Positions 9,761 through 19,571 of a stretch of 64,000 nucleotides of DNA are shown in pieces. The position numbers and the translations under genes are program-made. The first letter of the stretch is position 1. Each line of letters opens with the position of its first letter. The notes beneath the pieces are model-generated. The model had not been told where the DNA came from and searched no databases. It was given only the letters and a program-made list of their open reading frames with translations. The stretch comes from an uncultured bacterium (GTDB taxonomy: Bacteria; Margulisbacteria; WOR-1; CAZGTC01): positions 26,840 to 90,839 of the forward strand of contig CAZGTC010000004.1 of the NCBI GenBank assembly GCA_964528395.1, given 5' to 3'.

Positions 9761-9958
9761 ACTTGTCCCTAAAGAAGGCTACAAACGTAAAAAGTTGCGA
9801 TTTGGGTGTTGCAAAGTTAAAATTACAGCATGTTTGCAAGAAAAATCCGTAATTACAGCGGTTCATTTAGTGTTCAAATTATTTCCAAAACTGGAGGCAA
9901 GTACCGCGTTATTGAAATAGCGGGAACCTCAAACGATCCCTAGATAAATAAAAATTTA

Positions 9959-11263
9959 TTAAGGGGTAACACGTATTATAAAAGTCTTTTCAATCCTCCA
10001 ATCAAGATGCTTATTATAATTATCAACATTTGGATATCGTTGTTTAATTTCTTCCCTCACTTTATTATAGTGAACAAGCATATCCTTTAAGTTAATCGTA
10101 TAGACATAATCACTTATTAGCTTATCTTTTTCCAAATCAAAAAGCACAAAATGAATTTTCGCATTTGAAAGCTCTTGATAAACTTTACCCTTGGCATCCG
10201 TCATATCATAAGGAACTACCACCCAATTCCCAATGATTGAAGAATAAGCTTGCTTTTGAATATCTTCTATTAAACGAAGCCCATACTTACGCACATCGCG
10301 TGGAGCTGTATTTTCTCCTTCTCGATGTTTTTCACCGACTCCTTGATAATATTTATCAGAGTGAGGATCCATTCTTTTATCTTTTGGGTGAAGTATCGCC
10401 AATAAATTAATTGCCTGGTATTCATAATAAACTAAACATCCTACATTCACCCAATCTTTCATTATCTCCAAATTAACGGGTAAATTCATTGCATTATCAA
10501 ACCTTATTTCGAAATCTAGAAATAAAGTAAAAATGGGTTTTTGGGCTCCATTAGGAAAAATATAATCATTGGCAGGAAAAGTCCTATAAGTACAGGTTGT
10601 ATTACCCTTATTCACGCTACTAATATCCTCAAAAACATATTGCATTGTCATATTCGACGGCATAATTTGATCTTTTACAACTAACCCTTTCATTGGAATC
10701 CCTGTCCCTCCAGTTTGAGGAGAAAACTGCTTCATATCTTCTGCTTTCTGTGCCCCTGTCTTAAATTTAGGAATCCCTCCCAATCTATTAAAAAAATCTT
10801 TTTGTGGAACCATATTAATAATTCCTGTTGTCCCAAATATTTTCAGATCCGATACAAAATTAAGAGAATTTCCCTCGCCATCGCCAAACGGATCATTATT
10901 TATTAATTGAGGTTTTGCTTCTATAGGCTGGGTCCCTGAAGCCTTTGGCATTATTTGTAAAGATTCAGTACCTGGAATCGTTGGTTTTATTTGTACCGGT
11001 TGAGCCCCTGGACTGGTTGGCCCCATTTGTAAGGGCGGGGCTCCCTGATTTACAGGTTTCACTTGTATGATTTCGGCTTCTTTTGTTATTATTTTTTCTT
11101 CATATTCATCCCTAAGCTGGAATTGTTGTTGTGGAGGGAGTTTTTGTTGTTCTTTTGGAGCTGGGGGTAGAACTTGTTTTTGGAGTATCTCAAAATCCTC
11201 TGCAATTGCAGCAAAGCCCAAAAACAAGCACATTCCTAAAAACAAAATAAAAATTTTCTTCAT
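9959..11263 (-). CDS. Secreted hypothetical protein, paralogue B (Pro/Gln-rich linker).
   Basis: Signal peptide MKKIFILFLGMCLFLGFAAIAEDFE shared with the 8118..8981 ORF. AAGGGGG RBS. Same 5'UTR and 3' repeat. Confidence 0.5.
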   Translation of the reverse strand: MKKIFILFLGMCLFLGFAAIAEDFEILQKQVLPPAPKEQQKLPPQQQFQLRDEYEEKIITKEAEIIQVKPVNQGAPPLQMGPTSPGAQPVQIKPTIPGTESLQIMPKASGTQPIEAKPQLINNDPFGDGEGNSLNFVSDLKIFGTTGIINMVPQKDFFNRLGGIPKFKTGAQKAEDMKQFSPQTGGTGIPMKGLVVKDQIMPSNMTMQYVFEDISSVNKGNTTCTYRTFPANDYIFPNGAQKPIFTLFLDFEIRFDNAMNLPVNLEIMKDWVNVGCLVYYEYQAINLLAILHPKDKRMDPHSDKYYQGVGEKHREGENTAPRDVRKYGLRLIEDIQKQAYSSIIGNWVVVPYDMTDAKGKVYQELSNAKIHFVLFDLEKDKLISDYVYTINLKDMLVHYNKVREEIKQRYPNVDNYNKHLDWRIEKTFIIRVTP

Positions 11264-11296
11264 AAATGCCCCCTTATTTTTCTTAAACTAAACACG

Positions 11297-11325
11297 AGCA
11301 TAATAATAATAATCGAGGTTGTCAA
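11297..11325 (-). promoter_or_regulatory. Putative sigma70-like promoter of paralogue B: TTGACA (11320-11325, minus), 17-nt spacer containing (ATT)4, TATGCT -10 (11297-11302).
   Basis: Hexamers read on the minus strand. Optimal 17-nt spacer. The shared 5'UTR continues to a GAAGGGGG/AAGGGGG RBS. Confidence 0.45.
11302..11313 (-). repeat. (AAT)4 trinucleotide tract inside the promoter spacer of secreted paralogue B.
   Basis: Direct read. Same flanking context as at 9029-9046. Confidence 0.8.
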
Positions 11326-11349
11326 TTAGCCTTTAACTATCTTCTACTA

Positions 11350-13092
11350 TTATCGAAAAACCGCGAATTTATCTTTGCCCATTATCTTTCCATTGGCAAC
11401 AAGGGTAAAAACATAGATCCCATTCGGAACTTCCCCCTCTGTAACACTCTGGCCATTCCAATTTATGCGGTTCAAGCCTTTTTTGCCTCCTTCTTGGCCA
11501 GACTCAAATTGTTTTTTCCAAACAATCTGTCCGCTAATATCAAAAACATAAAATTCCAGGCGCAAATCTTCGGGTAAAACATATTCAAAATTTATTTTTC
11601 CATGCACGGCTGGATTAAAAGGGCTCGGCCCGGCTTTTATTGCTGTGGCTTTATCCTTTTCAATTTTTTGAGCCTTGATCGTTACTTCTCCATACACGTT
11701 TTTATCGCTCAATGAAGTAATTCTAATTTTTACATCTCCGTCCAAATGCGGAGAAATCGTCCAATTATATTCAATATAATCAGAACTATTAGTTACATTA
11801 GAAATAATAAGGTTGCAGTCCTTGGAAAAATTATCCAAAGAATATTCCAATTTTACTTTTTCAATGGAACTATCCGCAAGCGCCTTGATCAGCACCACAT
11901 CTCCCCCCATAAACTCCTGGCCATAAGAAGGAGAAAGCATCTCAATTCCGGGAGTAACAAAGGCAAAAAATGGATCAGAAATATCTTCTAACTTGTTGTC
12001 TTCTGAATAAACCTTTAGTTGGACATTGCGCATATTTTTGTTTGGGATGTCTAACAATATATACCCGCTATTTAAATTGCCGCTACCCAAAACCACTTTT
12101 TTCTCCTCGATCCGGCCTTCTACCACATAGCGCGCGCTCCTATCCTTGGCACGGATCCACAATTCGCTTTTTTCCCCGGCTTTCATGTTTTTATTTATAC
12201 TTTCAAAATCCGCCTTGAGCAAAGGAGGATCTTCAATTTTGATCGACTCGATATTAGATATAACTTTTTTATCTTCCTCCCCAATCAGCTTAAAAGAAAT
12301 GGTTTTTCCTAATATCTGGGAAGTGGCTTTAATTCCCAAAAAATTCGTGTCCGCAGAAACAACTTTTATATCCTTGGAGGTTTTTTCAAAATTATCATAA
12401 GAATAAGTTATTTTTAAGTTTTCAACATTTTCAGCCGCCTTCCATTGGACAAAAATCTTATCTCCTGGCGCGGAAAAACGCGGCTTAAAAGGAAAAAGCC
12501 GAATAGTACTAGGAGGAATATCTTCCTCGCCTTGAGCTTTTATTGATTGAGCTGATAACATCGGTTTTTCTTCTTCTGGAGGATTAGAAGTTTGTGAAGA
12601 TGGCATGCTCGAAGCTGCACTTGCAGGCCCGGCTTGAGAAGAAGGGGAAGAAGCAATATCGAAAATGTTTAAGCTAATTGCTTCGCTTTGGATAAAAATT
12701 TTGGGGGAAGATGCGTTCCTTACAATAAATTCTACAAATCCGCTTGATATTTTTCCCGGCAGGTTAAAATCAAGCTGGTTTTTCCCTGAAACAACTTTTA
12801 CTTCTTTTGAAATACAATAGGTGTTTTTATCCTGCAAACTATAGGCTTCGATCGAAACCACTTCCGCGGAAATAGAACTTTTTTCCCAAACAATTGAATA
12901 GGTTTTGTTCTTTTCTGACATCTGGCTAAAAGAAGGCTTAATAACTTTTACTTTTTCATTTTTTGAAGAAGGCTTTTCTTTGTCTACTTCAAAATCTGCA
13001 GGAGGAGGAAAAGAAAAAGCTAGTAAAAATATCATCGATAGAAAAAAAAGAATAAAAAAAACGGTTAATGCAATCAGCAATTTTTTTTTCAT
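11350..13092 (-). CDS. Secreted protein with T9SS-type (Por_Secre_tail/FlgD-Ig-like) C-terminal sorting domain.
   Basis: N-terminal TM/signal segment MKKKLLIALTVFFILFFL. C-terminal FNPA...LEFYVFDISGQIV...NGIYVFTLVANGK...KFAVFR pattern. Start chosen at the internal ATG at 13090-13092 to avoid overlap with hisD. Confidence 0.5.
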   Translation of the reverse strand: MKKKLLIALTVFFILFFLSMIFLLAFSFPPPADFEVDKEKPSSKNEKVKVIKPSFSQMSEKNKTYSIVWEKSSISAEVVSIEAYSLQDKNTYCISKEVKVVSGKNQLDFNLPGKISSGFVEFIVRNASSPKIFIQSEAISLNIFDIASSPSSQAGPASAASSMPSSQTSNPPEEEKPMLSAQSIKAQGEEDIPPSTIRLFPFKPRFSAPGDKIFVQWKAAENVENLKITYSYDNFEKTSKDIKVVSADTNFLGIKATSQILGKTISFKLIGEEDKKVISNIESIKIEDPPLLKADFESINKNMKAGEKSELWIRAKDRSARYVVEGRIEEKKVVLGSGNLNSGYILLDIPNKNMRNVQLKVYSEDNKLEDISDPFFAFVTPGIEMLSPSYGQEFMGGDVVLIKALADSSIEKVKLEYSLDNFSKDCNLIISNVTNSSDYIEYNWTISPHLDGDVKIRITSLSDKNVYGEVTIKAQKIEKDKATAIKAGPSPFNPAVHGKINFEYVLPEDLRLEFYVFDISGQIVWKKQFESGQEGGKKGLNRINWNGQSVTEGEVPNGIYVFTLVANGKIMGKDKFAVFR

Positions 13093-13111
13093 AGGCGAAA
13101 TATTCTGTTTT

Positions 13112-14395
13112 TTATTTAAAACGAATGCTGATCGAATGCGCGTGCGCATCCAAGCCTTCAATGTTTGCCAATTTCTCAATCGCCAAGCGGTTTTCCTTGA
13201 GCGCAGACTTGGTATACCCCAAAAAACTTTGGTATTTTATAAAATCATAAACCCCCAGAGGAGAAGAAAACCGCGCCCCGCCCTCGGTGGGCAAGACATG
13301 GTTGGGCCCTGCCATATAATCCCCCACTGTTACCGGGGAATACGGCCCCATAAAAACTGCACCCGCATGTTTTATTTTTTCCAGGATCGACTGCGGGTTA
13401 TCCAGCATAATTTCTAAATGTTCCGGCGCTACTAAATTGGCAATTGCAACCATTTCATCCACAGTTGAAACAAAGAAAATTCGGCCGCGCTTTTTTAAGC
13501 TTTGCTGGATAATATTTCTGCGCTTTAAGCCCTTAAGCTGTTTTACGATTTCTTTTTGTAAAGCATTGATAAAATCTAAGGAATTTGATACCGCAAAAAC
13601 TGAAGCATTCGCATCGTGTTCTGCCTGCGCCAAAAGATCCGCAGCCGCAAAAGCCGGGTTGCTCTCGCAATCCGCCAGGATCAAAACATCCGAAGGCCCG
13701 GCAAACTTGTCAATACCCACAACCTTGCTTAAAAGAAGCTTGGCAATATTTACAAAAACATTGCCCGGCCCCGCAATTTTATCAACTTTTGGGATGCTTT
13801 CTGTACCAAAAGCCATGGCTGCAATGGCCTGCGCCCCGCCCACTTTATAAATCTCCCGCACTCCCAGCTGGTCTGCTGCTACCAAAATAAGCGGATGCAA
13901 AGTTTTGTTTTTATTCGGCGGGGAGCAAAGGCAAACCTTGCCCACCCCGGCAACCAAAGCTGGGATAACATTCATCAAAACCGAAGAAGGGTAAACCGCG
14001 CTTCCGCCCGGCACATACACCCCGACCCGGTCAATCGGAACTGCCCTTAAGCCCAAAACTACATCGTTTTTTGCTGTATCAAAAAAAATATCCGGTTTTT
14101 GCTTATCGTGGAAGGAGCGGATATTTTCAATTGCACAATTTAAAGCGCTTAATGTTGCTTTATCCACTTTTTTATAAGCTGCTTTTATCTCTTCTTCTTT
14201 TACCTGCAAGCCGCAGGCAGAAAGGTCTGCTTTATCGTATTTTTTGGTTAGCTTAAAAAGCGCGCGGTCCTTGCCTTTCAAGACTTGGGAAATAATTTTT
14301 TTTACTGCGTTTTCTTCCGGGAGGAAATAAAAGCCTTTGCGCAAGGACTCGATCTCGGCTTTTATCTTTTCGCTGCCTTTTACTACTTTTAGCAT
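13112..14395 (-). CDS. hisD: Histidinol dehydrogenase.
   Basis: GGAQAIAAMAFGTESIPKVDKIAGPGNVFV and the HisD Zn-ligand region. Full length, 427 aa. Confidence 0.85.
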   Translation of the reverse strand: MLKVVKGSEKIKAEIESLRKGFYFLPEENAVKKIISQVLKGKDRALFKLTKKYDKADLSACGLQVKEEEIKAAYKKVDKATLSALNCAIENIRSFHDKQKPDIFFDTAKNDVVLGLRAVPIDRVGVYVPGGSAVYPSSVLMNVIPALVAGVGKVCLCSPPNKNKTLHPLILVAADQLGVREIYKVGGAQAIAAMAFGTESIPKVDKIAGPGNVFVNIAKLLLSKVVGIDKFAGPSDVLILADCESNPAFAAADLLAQAEHDANASVFAVSNSLDFINALQKEIVKQLKGLKRRNIIQQSLKKRGRIFFVSTVDEMVAIANLVAPEHLEIMLDNPQSILEKIKHAGAVFMGPYSPVTVGDYMAGPNHVLPTEGGARFSSPLGVYDFIKYQSFLGYTKSALKENRLAIEKLANIEGLDAHAHSISIRFK

Positions 14396-14408
14396 AATGC
14401 GTAAATCC

Positions 14409-15467
14409 TCAACGGGAAAGTTCGCGCTTTAGCTTGGTAATTGCTTCAATTAAAGAAGGATCCTTTTCCTCGGCCAAAGCTACGTAATAAGAAAGATAGT
14501 CCCCGGCATAAACCAAATACAGCATCCGCTCTAAAAGGGAATGGCCTTCTGCAGCTATTTCAATGATCCCGCCAAAATGCGGGCTAATAAGGGATTTGAC
14601 AATATCCATGCTCTTATTCACCCGCTCTTCCCTTATTTCAGAGCGCAAAATAATTAGGGCAAAATCGTGTTCCCCGCGCTTCAAATCCCCCAGAGCAGCT
14701 AATTCGTTATGGTTGAGCTCTGGGAAAATTCCGTGCAGGGCCAATTTTTTGGCATTTTCATTGAATTGGGACTTCATGCGGTAAGCTACGCTCCTGATTT
14801 CTGCCGGAGAATAAATCAAGGGTAGCTTGCCTTTTATTTTTTGCGCCATTTGCTTGATAAAGTTCTTCAGCAAAGGCACTTCCAGGGAAATTTTATTCCT
14901 TAATTTTTTCAAGGTTGCAACGGACTGGGAAACATCCGCTGCAAAAGATAAATTGCTCCAATTTTTTTCAAAAATAGTTAAAAGTGCTGCCAAAATCACC
15001 GGAAAAGCTGCGCGCGGCTGGAAGTCTTTGGGCAATTCGATGTAAGCCCATTTTTTATCCTGGGCTAGCTTGAGAATTTTGCCCCCCGAAGCCACCACCA
15101 CCGGAGAAATGCCTTTTTTTTCTGCATCGCGGCAAGAAGAAAGGGTTTCTTCGGTTTCTCCGGAATAGCTGACCAAAATAACTAAAGTATTTTTATTCGC
15201 GTAAGCCGGCAAAGTGTAGCCGCGGGAAACAAAAATATTTACCGGCAAAACATGGGTTAAAAGGTTGGAAATAACATCTCCGGAAATCGCAGACCCGCCC
15301 ATGCCGCAAATAATAACGTTTTGGAAGCTGCGGGGAGAAAAAGAAAATCCGGAGCGAAAAAGCGGATAATTCTCTTCCAAAAAATTCGGGAACTTTTGGA
15401 GAAAAAGCCCAAAATCGCTTTTGTCCAAAGCCTTTATTTGTTTGCTGTCATCTAAAATATCCGGCAT
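14409..15467 (-). CDS. Bifunctional phosphoglucose/phosphomannose isomerase (double SIS domain).
   Basis: ICGMGGSAISGDV and LVILVSYSGETEET SIS motifs. About 350 aa, typical of archaeal-type PGI/PMI. Confidence 0.6.
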   Translation of the reverse strand: MPDILDDSKQIKALDKSDFGLFLQKFPNFLEENYPLFRSGFSFSPRSFQNVIICGMGGSAISGDVISNLLTHVLPVNIFVSRGYTLPAYANKNTLVILVSYSGETEETLSSCRDAEKKGISPVVVASGGKILKLAQDKKWAYIELPKDFQPRAAFPVILAALLTIFEKNWSNLSFAADVSQSVATLKKLRNKISLEVPLLKNFIKQMAQKIKGKLPLIYSPAEIRSVAYRMKSQFNENAKKLALHGIFPELNHNELAALGDLKRGEHDFALIILRSEIREERVNKSMDIVKSLISPHFGGIIEIAAEGHSLLERMLYLVYAGDYLSYYVALAEEKDPSLIEAITKLKRELSR

Positions 15468-15469
15468 TT

Positions 15470-16693
15470 TTAAAAAGCTTCCGCAGAAATAATCATTTTA
15501 TCCAAAACTTTTATGGCTTCCTGCAGCTGGATATCCTTTTCCAAATCTTTGGGAGGCGGGATCATTTCCTTGTCATCGCCATTGGCTTCGGCTGAAGGCA
15601 AATTTACCACTACATCCGGCTGGATGCCTTTTTTGCTGATATCATCCCCATTTGGAGTTAAATATTTGGCCACAGTTACCAATAAAGCTGATCCATCGCT
15701 TAAATTGCGCACGCTCTGTACCGAAGCCTTGCCAAAAGTTTTTGTACCCACTAATTTGGCTTTGCCGGTATCTTTGAGCGCTCCGGCCAAAATTTCTGAA
15801 GCTGAGGCCGAGGCCCCGTTAATTAAAACAACCACCGGCTTATTCCAGATTAAGCGGCCATTCGCATCCAAAGATTCGCGGCGCTTATCGCGGTCAACCG
15901 TATAAACAATCGGGCCTTCTGCAATAAACATCGAGCCAATTTCAACCGCATTATGCAAGAGCCCTCCTCCGTTGTTGCGCATGTCTAGGACCAGCCCTTT
16001 ATTAACATTTGATTTTTGCCCTTTTTGTAAAACCGCAGCTACTTCATCTGCCGCGCTCTGGTTCTCAAAAGTATTTAATTTAAGATAAAGAATATCCGAT
16101 CTTTTCAAAGCCGGGGTTTCAACGCTTTTTATGACAATCTTGTCCCTTTCAATCACAAAATCTTTGGGTTCTTTCCATTTGCCGCGCAGGATGCCTAAAG
16201 TAACAGGAGTGCCCTTAGGGCCGCGGATTAAGCTGACGGCTTCTTCAAGCGCCATATGTAAAGTAGTTTTCCCATCAATTTTAATGATTTTATCCCCGGC
16301 CAAAAGCCCGGCCTTATCTGCAGGGGTCGAGGCAATCGGAGAAATAACTACCAGCTGTTCATCTTTCATTCCAATATAAATGCCAATCCCAAAATAAGAA
16401 CCCGACAAGCGGATTTTCATTTCTTTAAAAGCTTTGGGCTCCATAAAGCGGGTATATGGATCGCCTAATCCGGTTAATAAGCCTTTTATTGATCCGTAAA
16501 CTAGCTGCGTATTGTCTAGTTTTTTATCTACATAATCATTGCGGATAATATCCAAAACTTGAAGAAAGACCTCGAGCTTGCTCTCTAAGTCTTCCCCGGC
16601 CCGCACAGACTGAAAACCCATCCCAAAAAGAAACGAAGCCAGCATAAGAAAGAAAATCAGCCCAGTACGCGCGTTCATTTTTGGCATAATCAA
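15470..16693 (-). CDS. Carboxyl-terminal processing protease (S41 family).
   Basis: Signal peptide, a PDZ region, and S41 catalytic motifs (GGGLL, INGASASASEI). Confidence 0.8.
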   Translation of the reverse strand: MIMPKMNARTGLIFFLMLASFLFGMGFQSVRAGEDLESKLEVFLQVLDIIRNDYVDKKLDNTQLVYGSIKGLLTGLGDPYTRFMEPKAFKEMKIRLSGSYFGIGIYIGMKDEQLVVISPIASTPADKAGLLAGDKIIKIDGKTTLHMALEEAVSLIRGPKGTPVTLGILRGKWKEPKDFVIERDKIVIKSVETPALKRSDILYLKLNTFENQSAADEVAAVLQKGQKSNVNKGLVLDMRNNGGGLLHNAVEIGSMFIAEGPIVYTVDRDKRRESLDANGRLIWNKPVVVLINGASASASEILAGALKDTGKAKLVGTKTFGKASVQSVRNLSDGSALLVTVAKYLTPNGDDISKKGIQPDVVVNLPSAEANGDDKEMIPPPKDLEKDIQLQEAIKVLDKMIISAEAF

Positions 16694-16713
16694 GGAACTC
16701 CTTTTGTTTTAAA

Positions 16714-17892
16714 TTATGGGAGATATTCCATAGGATTAACCGGCTTACCATTCACGCGGATTTCAAAATGCAAATGCGGCCCAGTTGACCACCCGGTACT
16801 GCCGACTAATCCGATGCTTTTTCCTTTGGCGATTATATCACCCGCTTGCACATAAAGTCGAGACAAATGCGCGTACACCGTAGAATATTTATTCCCATGG
16901 CTGATAATAATGCATTTGCCATAGCCTCTTTTCCAACCAGCAAAAATTACTTCGCCGGAATCCGCAGCCAGAATCGGGGAACCATAAGGGGCAGCAACAT
17001 CTTGTCCGGTATGGAAATCGCGGCTGCGCCACAAAGGATGGCGGCGCCAGCCAAAAGAAGAAGTCAAGCGGCCTTTTAGCGGCCACATAAATATTCCGGA
17101 GCCGCTGGCCCGCACTTGGCCCTGGGCTTGCTGCTTTTGGATAAAGGCCTCTAATTCTTGGGAAGATTTTTCCAATTCCCGGACATTTTTTTCGTACTCT
17201 TCGCGCCGCGTTTTTAACAAAGAATATAAATGCTGCTCGGCCTGTTCTTTCTGGGAAATTAATTCCTTGTCTTTTTTTATATCATCAACCTGTTCTTTAA
17301 TTTTGCCTACGGTTTGCTCCAAATTCCCTTTTTTACGCTGGAAAGCCCGGTAATCACCTACAATTTCATTGATAATACGGGCATCTTTTTCTAAAACTTT
17401 TCCAAAATAATAGCTGCGCGTCAAAAAATCGGACATGGAAGTAGAAGAAAATAAAATTTCCAGGAAATTAATATGGTTGCCTTTATAAATCTCTTGGATT
17501 TTTTCGGATAAGGTGCTGGATTTTTTCCGGATAGTTCTTTGCGTCTCATCAATTTCCACCACCAGGCTAGAGATCTGGTTCTGGTTATAATTTAATTCTT
17601 TTTGCGTCTTATGCAGGTTCTTTTTTGTGCTTTCTAGTTCCTGGCGCGTCCGGGCCAAGCGGATCATGGTTTCCCGCTCTTTGGCCTTGGTTTTTTCTAG
17701 TTTTTCTTTTTCTGCCTTTAACTGCGCTTGGATTTTTTCCAGCTTTTCTTCTTCATTCGCATAAGCTGTAGAAAATAAAAAGCAAAAATGCAGGACAAAA
17801 AACCAAACAATTATTTTTTTCAGCTTGGGCAAAGTTTTATGCTTCTTTCCACAAAGATTTTTTTCTGCGGGCGCGGTGGAAGCCAATGGCAA
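16714..17892 (-). CDS. M23 family metallopeptidase with N-terminal coiled coil (EnvC/NlpD-like).
   Basis: HTGQD, HLHFEIR and GSTGWSTGPHLH LytM motifs. Long coiled coil. The 5' end overlaps the uvrC stop by about 56 nt, so the start is uncertain. Confidence 0.7.
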   Translation of the reverse strand: MPLASTAPAEKNLCGKKHKTLPKLKKIIVWFFVLHFCFLFSTAYANEEEKLEKIQAQLKAEKEKLEKTKAKERETMIRLARTRQELESTKKNLHKTQKELNYNQNQISSLVVEIDETQRTIRKKSSTLSEKIQEIYKGNHINFLEILFSSTSMSDFLTRSYYFGKVLEKDARIINEIVGDYRAFQRKKGNLEQTVGKIKEQVDDIKKDKELISQKEQAEQHLYSLLKTRREEYEKNVRELEKSSQELEAFIQKQQAQGQVRASGSGIFMWPLKGRLTSSFGWRRHPLWRSRDFHTGQDVAAPYGSPILAADSGEVIFAGWKRGYGKCIIISHGNKYSTVYAHLSRLYVQAGDIIAKGKSIGLVGSTGWSTGPHLHFEIRVNGKPVNPMEYLP

Positions 17893-19090
17893 AGCGATGG
17901 GCTTCGTCGCGGACTCTTTGCAAAAGTTTCAGCCCCGCATGTTCCCTAGGCAATATTATAGGGGCATTTTGGCGGTTTACAAAAAGCTCTTCATTTTTTT
18001 TTGCCAAGGCCGCGGCTTCAATTTCTAAGCCTGCTTTTTTCAAGGCTTTATGGGCAGCTTGCAGCTGGCCTTTGCCGCCATCGATCAAAAGCAGCTGGGG
18101 ATGAGGCAAATCTTTTTGCGTGCCCAAAAACCGGCGTTCAATAACTTCTTGCATGGATAAGCAGTCGTCCGATTGTCCAGATACACGGTGGATATTAAAC
18201 TTGCGGTAGTCTTTTTTCAGCGGTTTTCCTCCCTCAAAAGCCACCATCACCCCTACAATTTCCGCGCCTTGGATATGCGAAATGTCATAGCCTTCAATGC
18301 GCCACGGTTTTTGGGGAAGGGATAAAGCTTCTTGTAAAGCCTCTAGGCTTTGGCCGGATAAATTATTTTGGGGCCTCTTCAAACTGGGTTTCTGAAAAAA
18401 ATCCTCTAATGCCCTTAAGCGGTCGCGCAACTGGGCCGCACGCTCAAAATCTTTTTTTTCTCCGGCTTCCAGCATTTGGGAAAGCAAATTTTTTTTCACT
18501 TCTAAATAGCGGCCTTTGAGGAAAAGCTTAAGGCTTTGGCAGATTTTCAAATACTCTTTCCGGGTAATTTTGGAAACACACGGCCCCAAACAATAATGCA
18601 AATGAAACTCCAAGCAAGGAAACTTGCGGTTTTTAAATTTTGCAGAAGAACATTTCCTCAAAGGAAAAATCCGCTGGGCCAATTTTAGGATCGTGCGGGT
18701 AGTTTTGGCTGGAAATGGCCCAAAATAAATATCTTTACCCGGTTGTTTTTTCCTGACCAAAATCAAGCGCGGCCATTTTTCCGAAAGGGTTAATTTCAAT
18801 AAAGGGTAGCGCTTATCGTCTTTTAGCTGGATATTGTAATAAGGCTTATAAGTCTTGATGAGATCGCTTTCCAGGAGCAGGGCTTCGATCTCGTTTTGTG
18901 TTTCTATATAATCTACTGTAGCTGCTTTTTGCCGCATGGCCAGGGTTTTGGAGTCGCTTAAGTGCGGGTTAAAATATTGCTGGATGCGGTTTTTTAGGGA
19001 TTTGGCCTTGCCCACGTAAATAACTTTGCGCAAATTGTCGCGGAACAAATAAACGCCGCTTGCAGAGGGAATATCTCCGGGTTTTTCCAT
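17837..19090 (-). CDS. uvrC: Excinuclease ABC subunit C, short form lacking the C-terminal (HhH)2 domain.
   Basis: GIY-YIG N-terminus (GVYLFRD...VIYVGKAKSLKNR), a Cys-rich CLGPC region, a UvrB-interaction helix (AAQLRDRLRALE), and an RNase-H-like endonuclease domain ending in DEAHRFAIGFHR. Only 417 aa. Confidence 0.75.
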   Translation of the reverse strand: MEKPGDIPSASGVYLFRDNLRKVIYVGKAKSLKNRIQQYFNPHLSDSKTLAMRQKAATVDYIETQNEIEALLLESDLIKTYKPYYNIQLKDDKRYPLLKLTLSEKWPRLILVRKKQPGKDIYFGPFPAKTTRTILKLAQRIFPLRKCSSAKFKNRKFPCLEFHLHYCLGPCVSKITRKEYLKICQSLKLFLKGRYLEVKKNLLSQMLEAGEKKDFERAAQLRDRLRALEDFFQKPSLKRPQNNLSGQSLEALQEALSLPQKPWRIEGYDISHIQGAEIVGVMVAFEGGKPLKKDYRKFNIHRVSGQSDDCLSMQEVIERRFLGTQKDLPHPQLLLIDGGKGQLQAAHKALKKAGLEIEAAALAKKNEELFVNRQNAPIILPREHAGLKLLQRVRDEAHRFAIGFHRARRKKSLWKEA

Positions 19091-19112
19091 GAGGCAAATT
19101 ATAGCGGGAGAA

Positions 19113-19559
19113 TTACTTCCTGGCTACTTCAACTTTTATCTCAACAAAAACTCCCTTGAAAATGACCAGCTTGGCGCTGAAGGAGCCAAGATTTTTTATG
19201 GGTTCGCATTCAATCTGCTTTTTATCAAATGTGCGGCTGTATTTTTCGTTTAAAGCTTCGGCAATGTCTGCATGCGAAATAGAGCCGAAAAGCTTGCCTT
19301 TTTCCTCATCGGCCTGGGCAGATATTGTAATTTCTAAAATTCCCAGTTCTTTTTTAAGGGTTTCCGCGTCTTGTTTAAGCTTGTCTTTGCGCAAGACAAC
19401 TTTTTTCTTCTGCCTTTCCCATTCTTTTAGGTTGTTTAAGGTTGCTTCAATCGCAAAATTGCGGGGAAAAAGATAATTGCGGGCATAACCTTTGGCTACA
19501 TTGACCTTTTCCCATTTATGTCCGAGTTTTTCTACGTCTTTTACCAAAATTACTTCCAC
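19113..19559 (-). CDS. rplI: 50S ribosomal protein L9.
   Basis: MEVILVKDVEKLG...YARNYLFP N-terminus typical of L9. 148 aa. Confidence 0.85.
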   Translation of the reverse strand: MEVILVKDVEKLGHKWEKVNVAKGYARNYLFPRNFAIEATLNNLKEWERQKKKVVLRKDKLKQDAETLKKELGILEITISAQADEEKGKLFGSISHADIAEALNEKYSRTFDKKQIECEPIKNLGSFSAKLVIFKGVFVEIKVEVARK

Positions 19560-19571
19560 AGCAAAAACCTC

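Noticed and set aside
9770-9958. A 190-nt non-coding stretch between the TA operon and paralogue B, examined for a tRNA or small RNA gene.
   Set aside because: No cloverleaf-compatible arms. No GTTC-type T-loop or CCA context. Only a weak 4-5 bp hairpin (CCGCG…CGGG). No support for an RNA gene.
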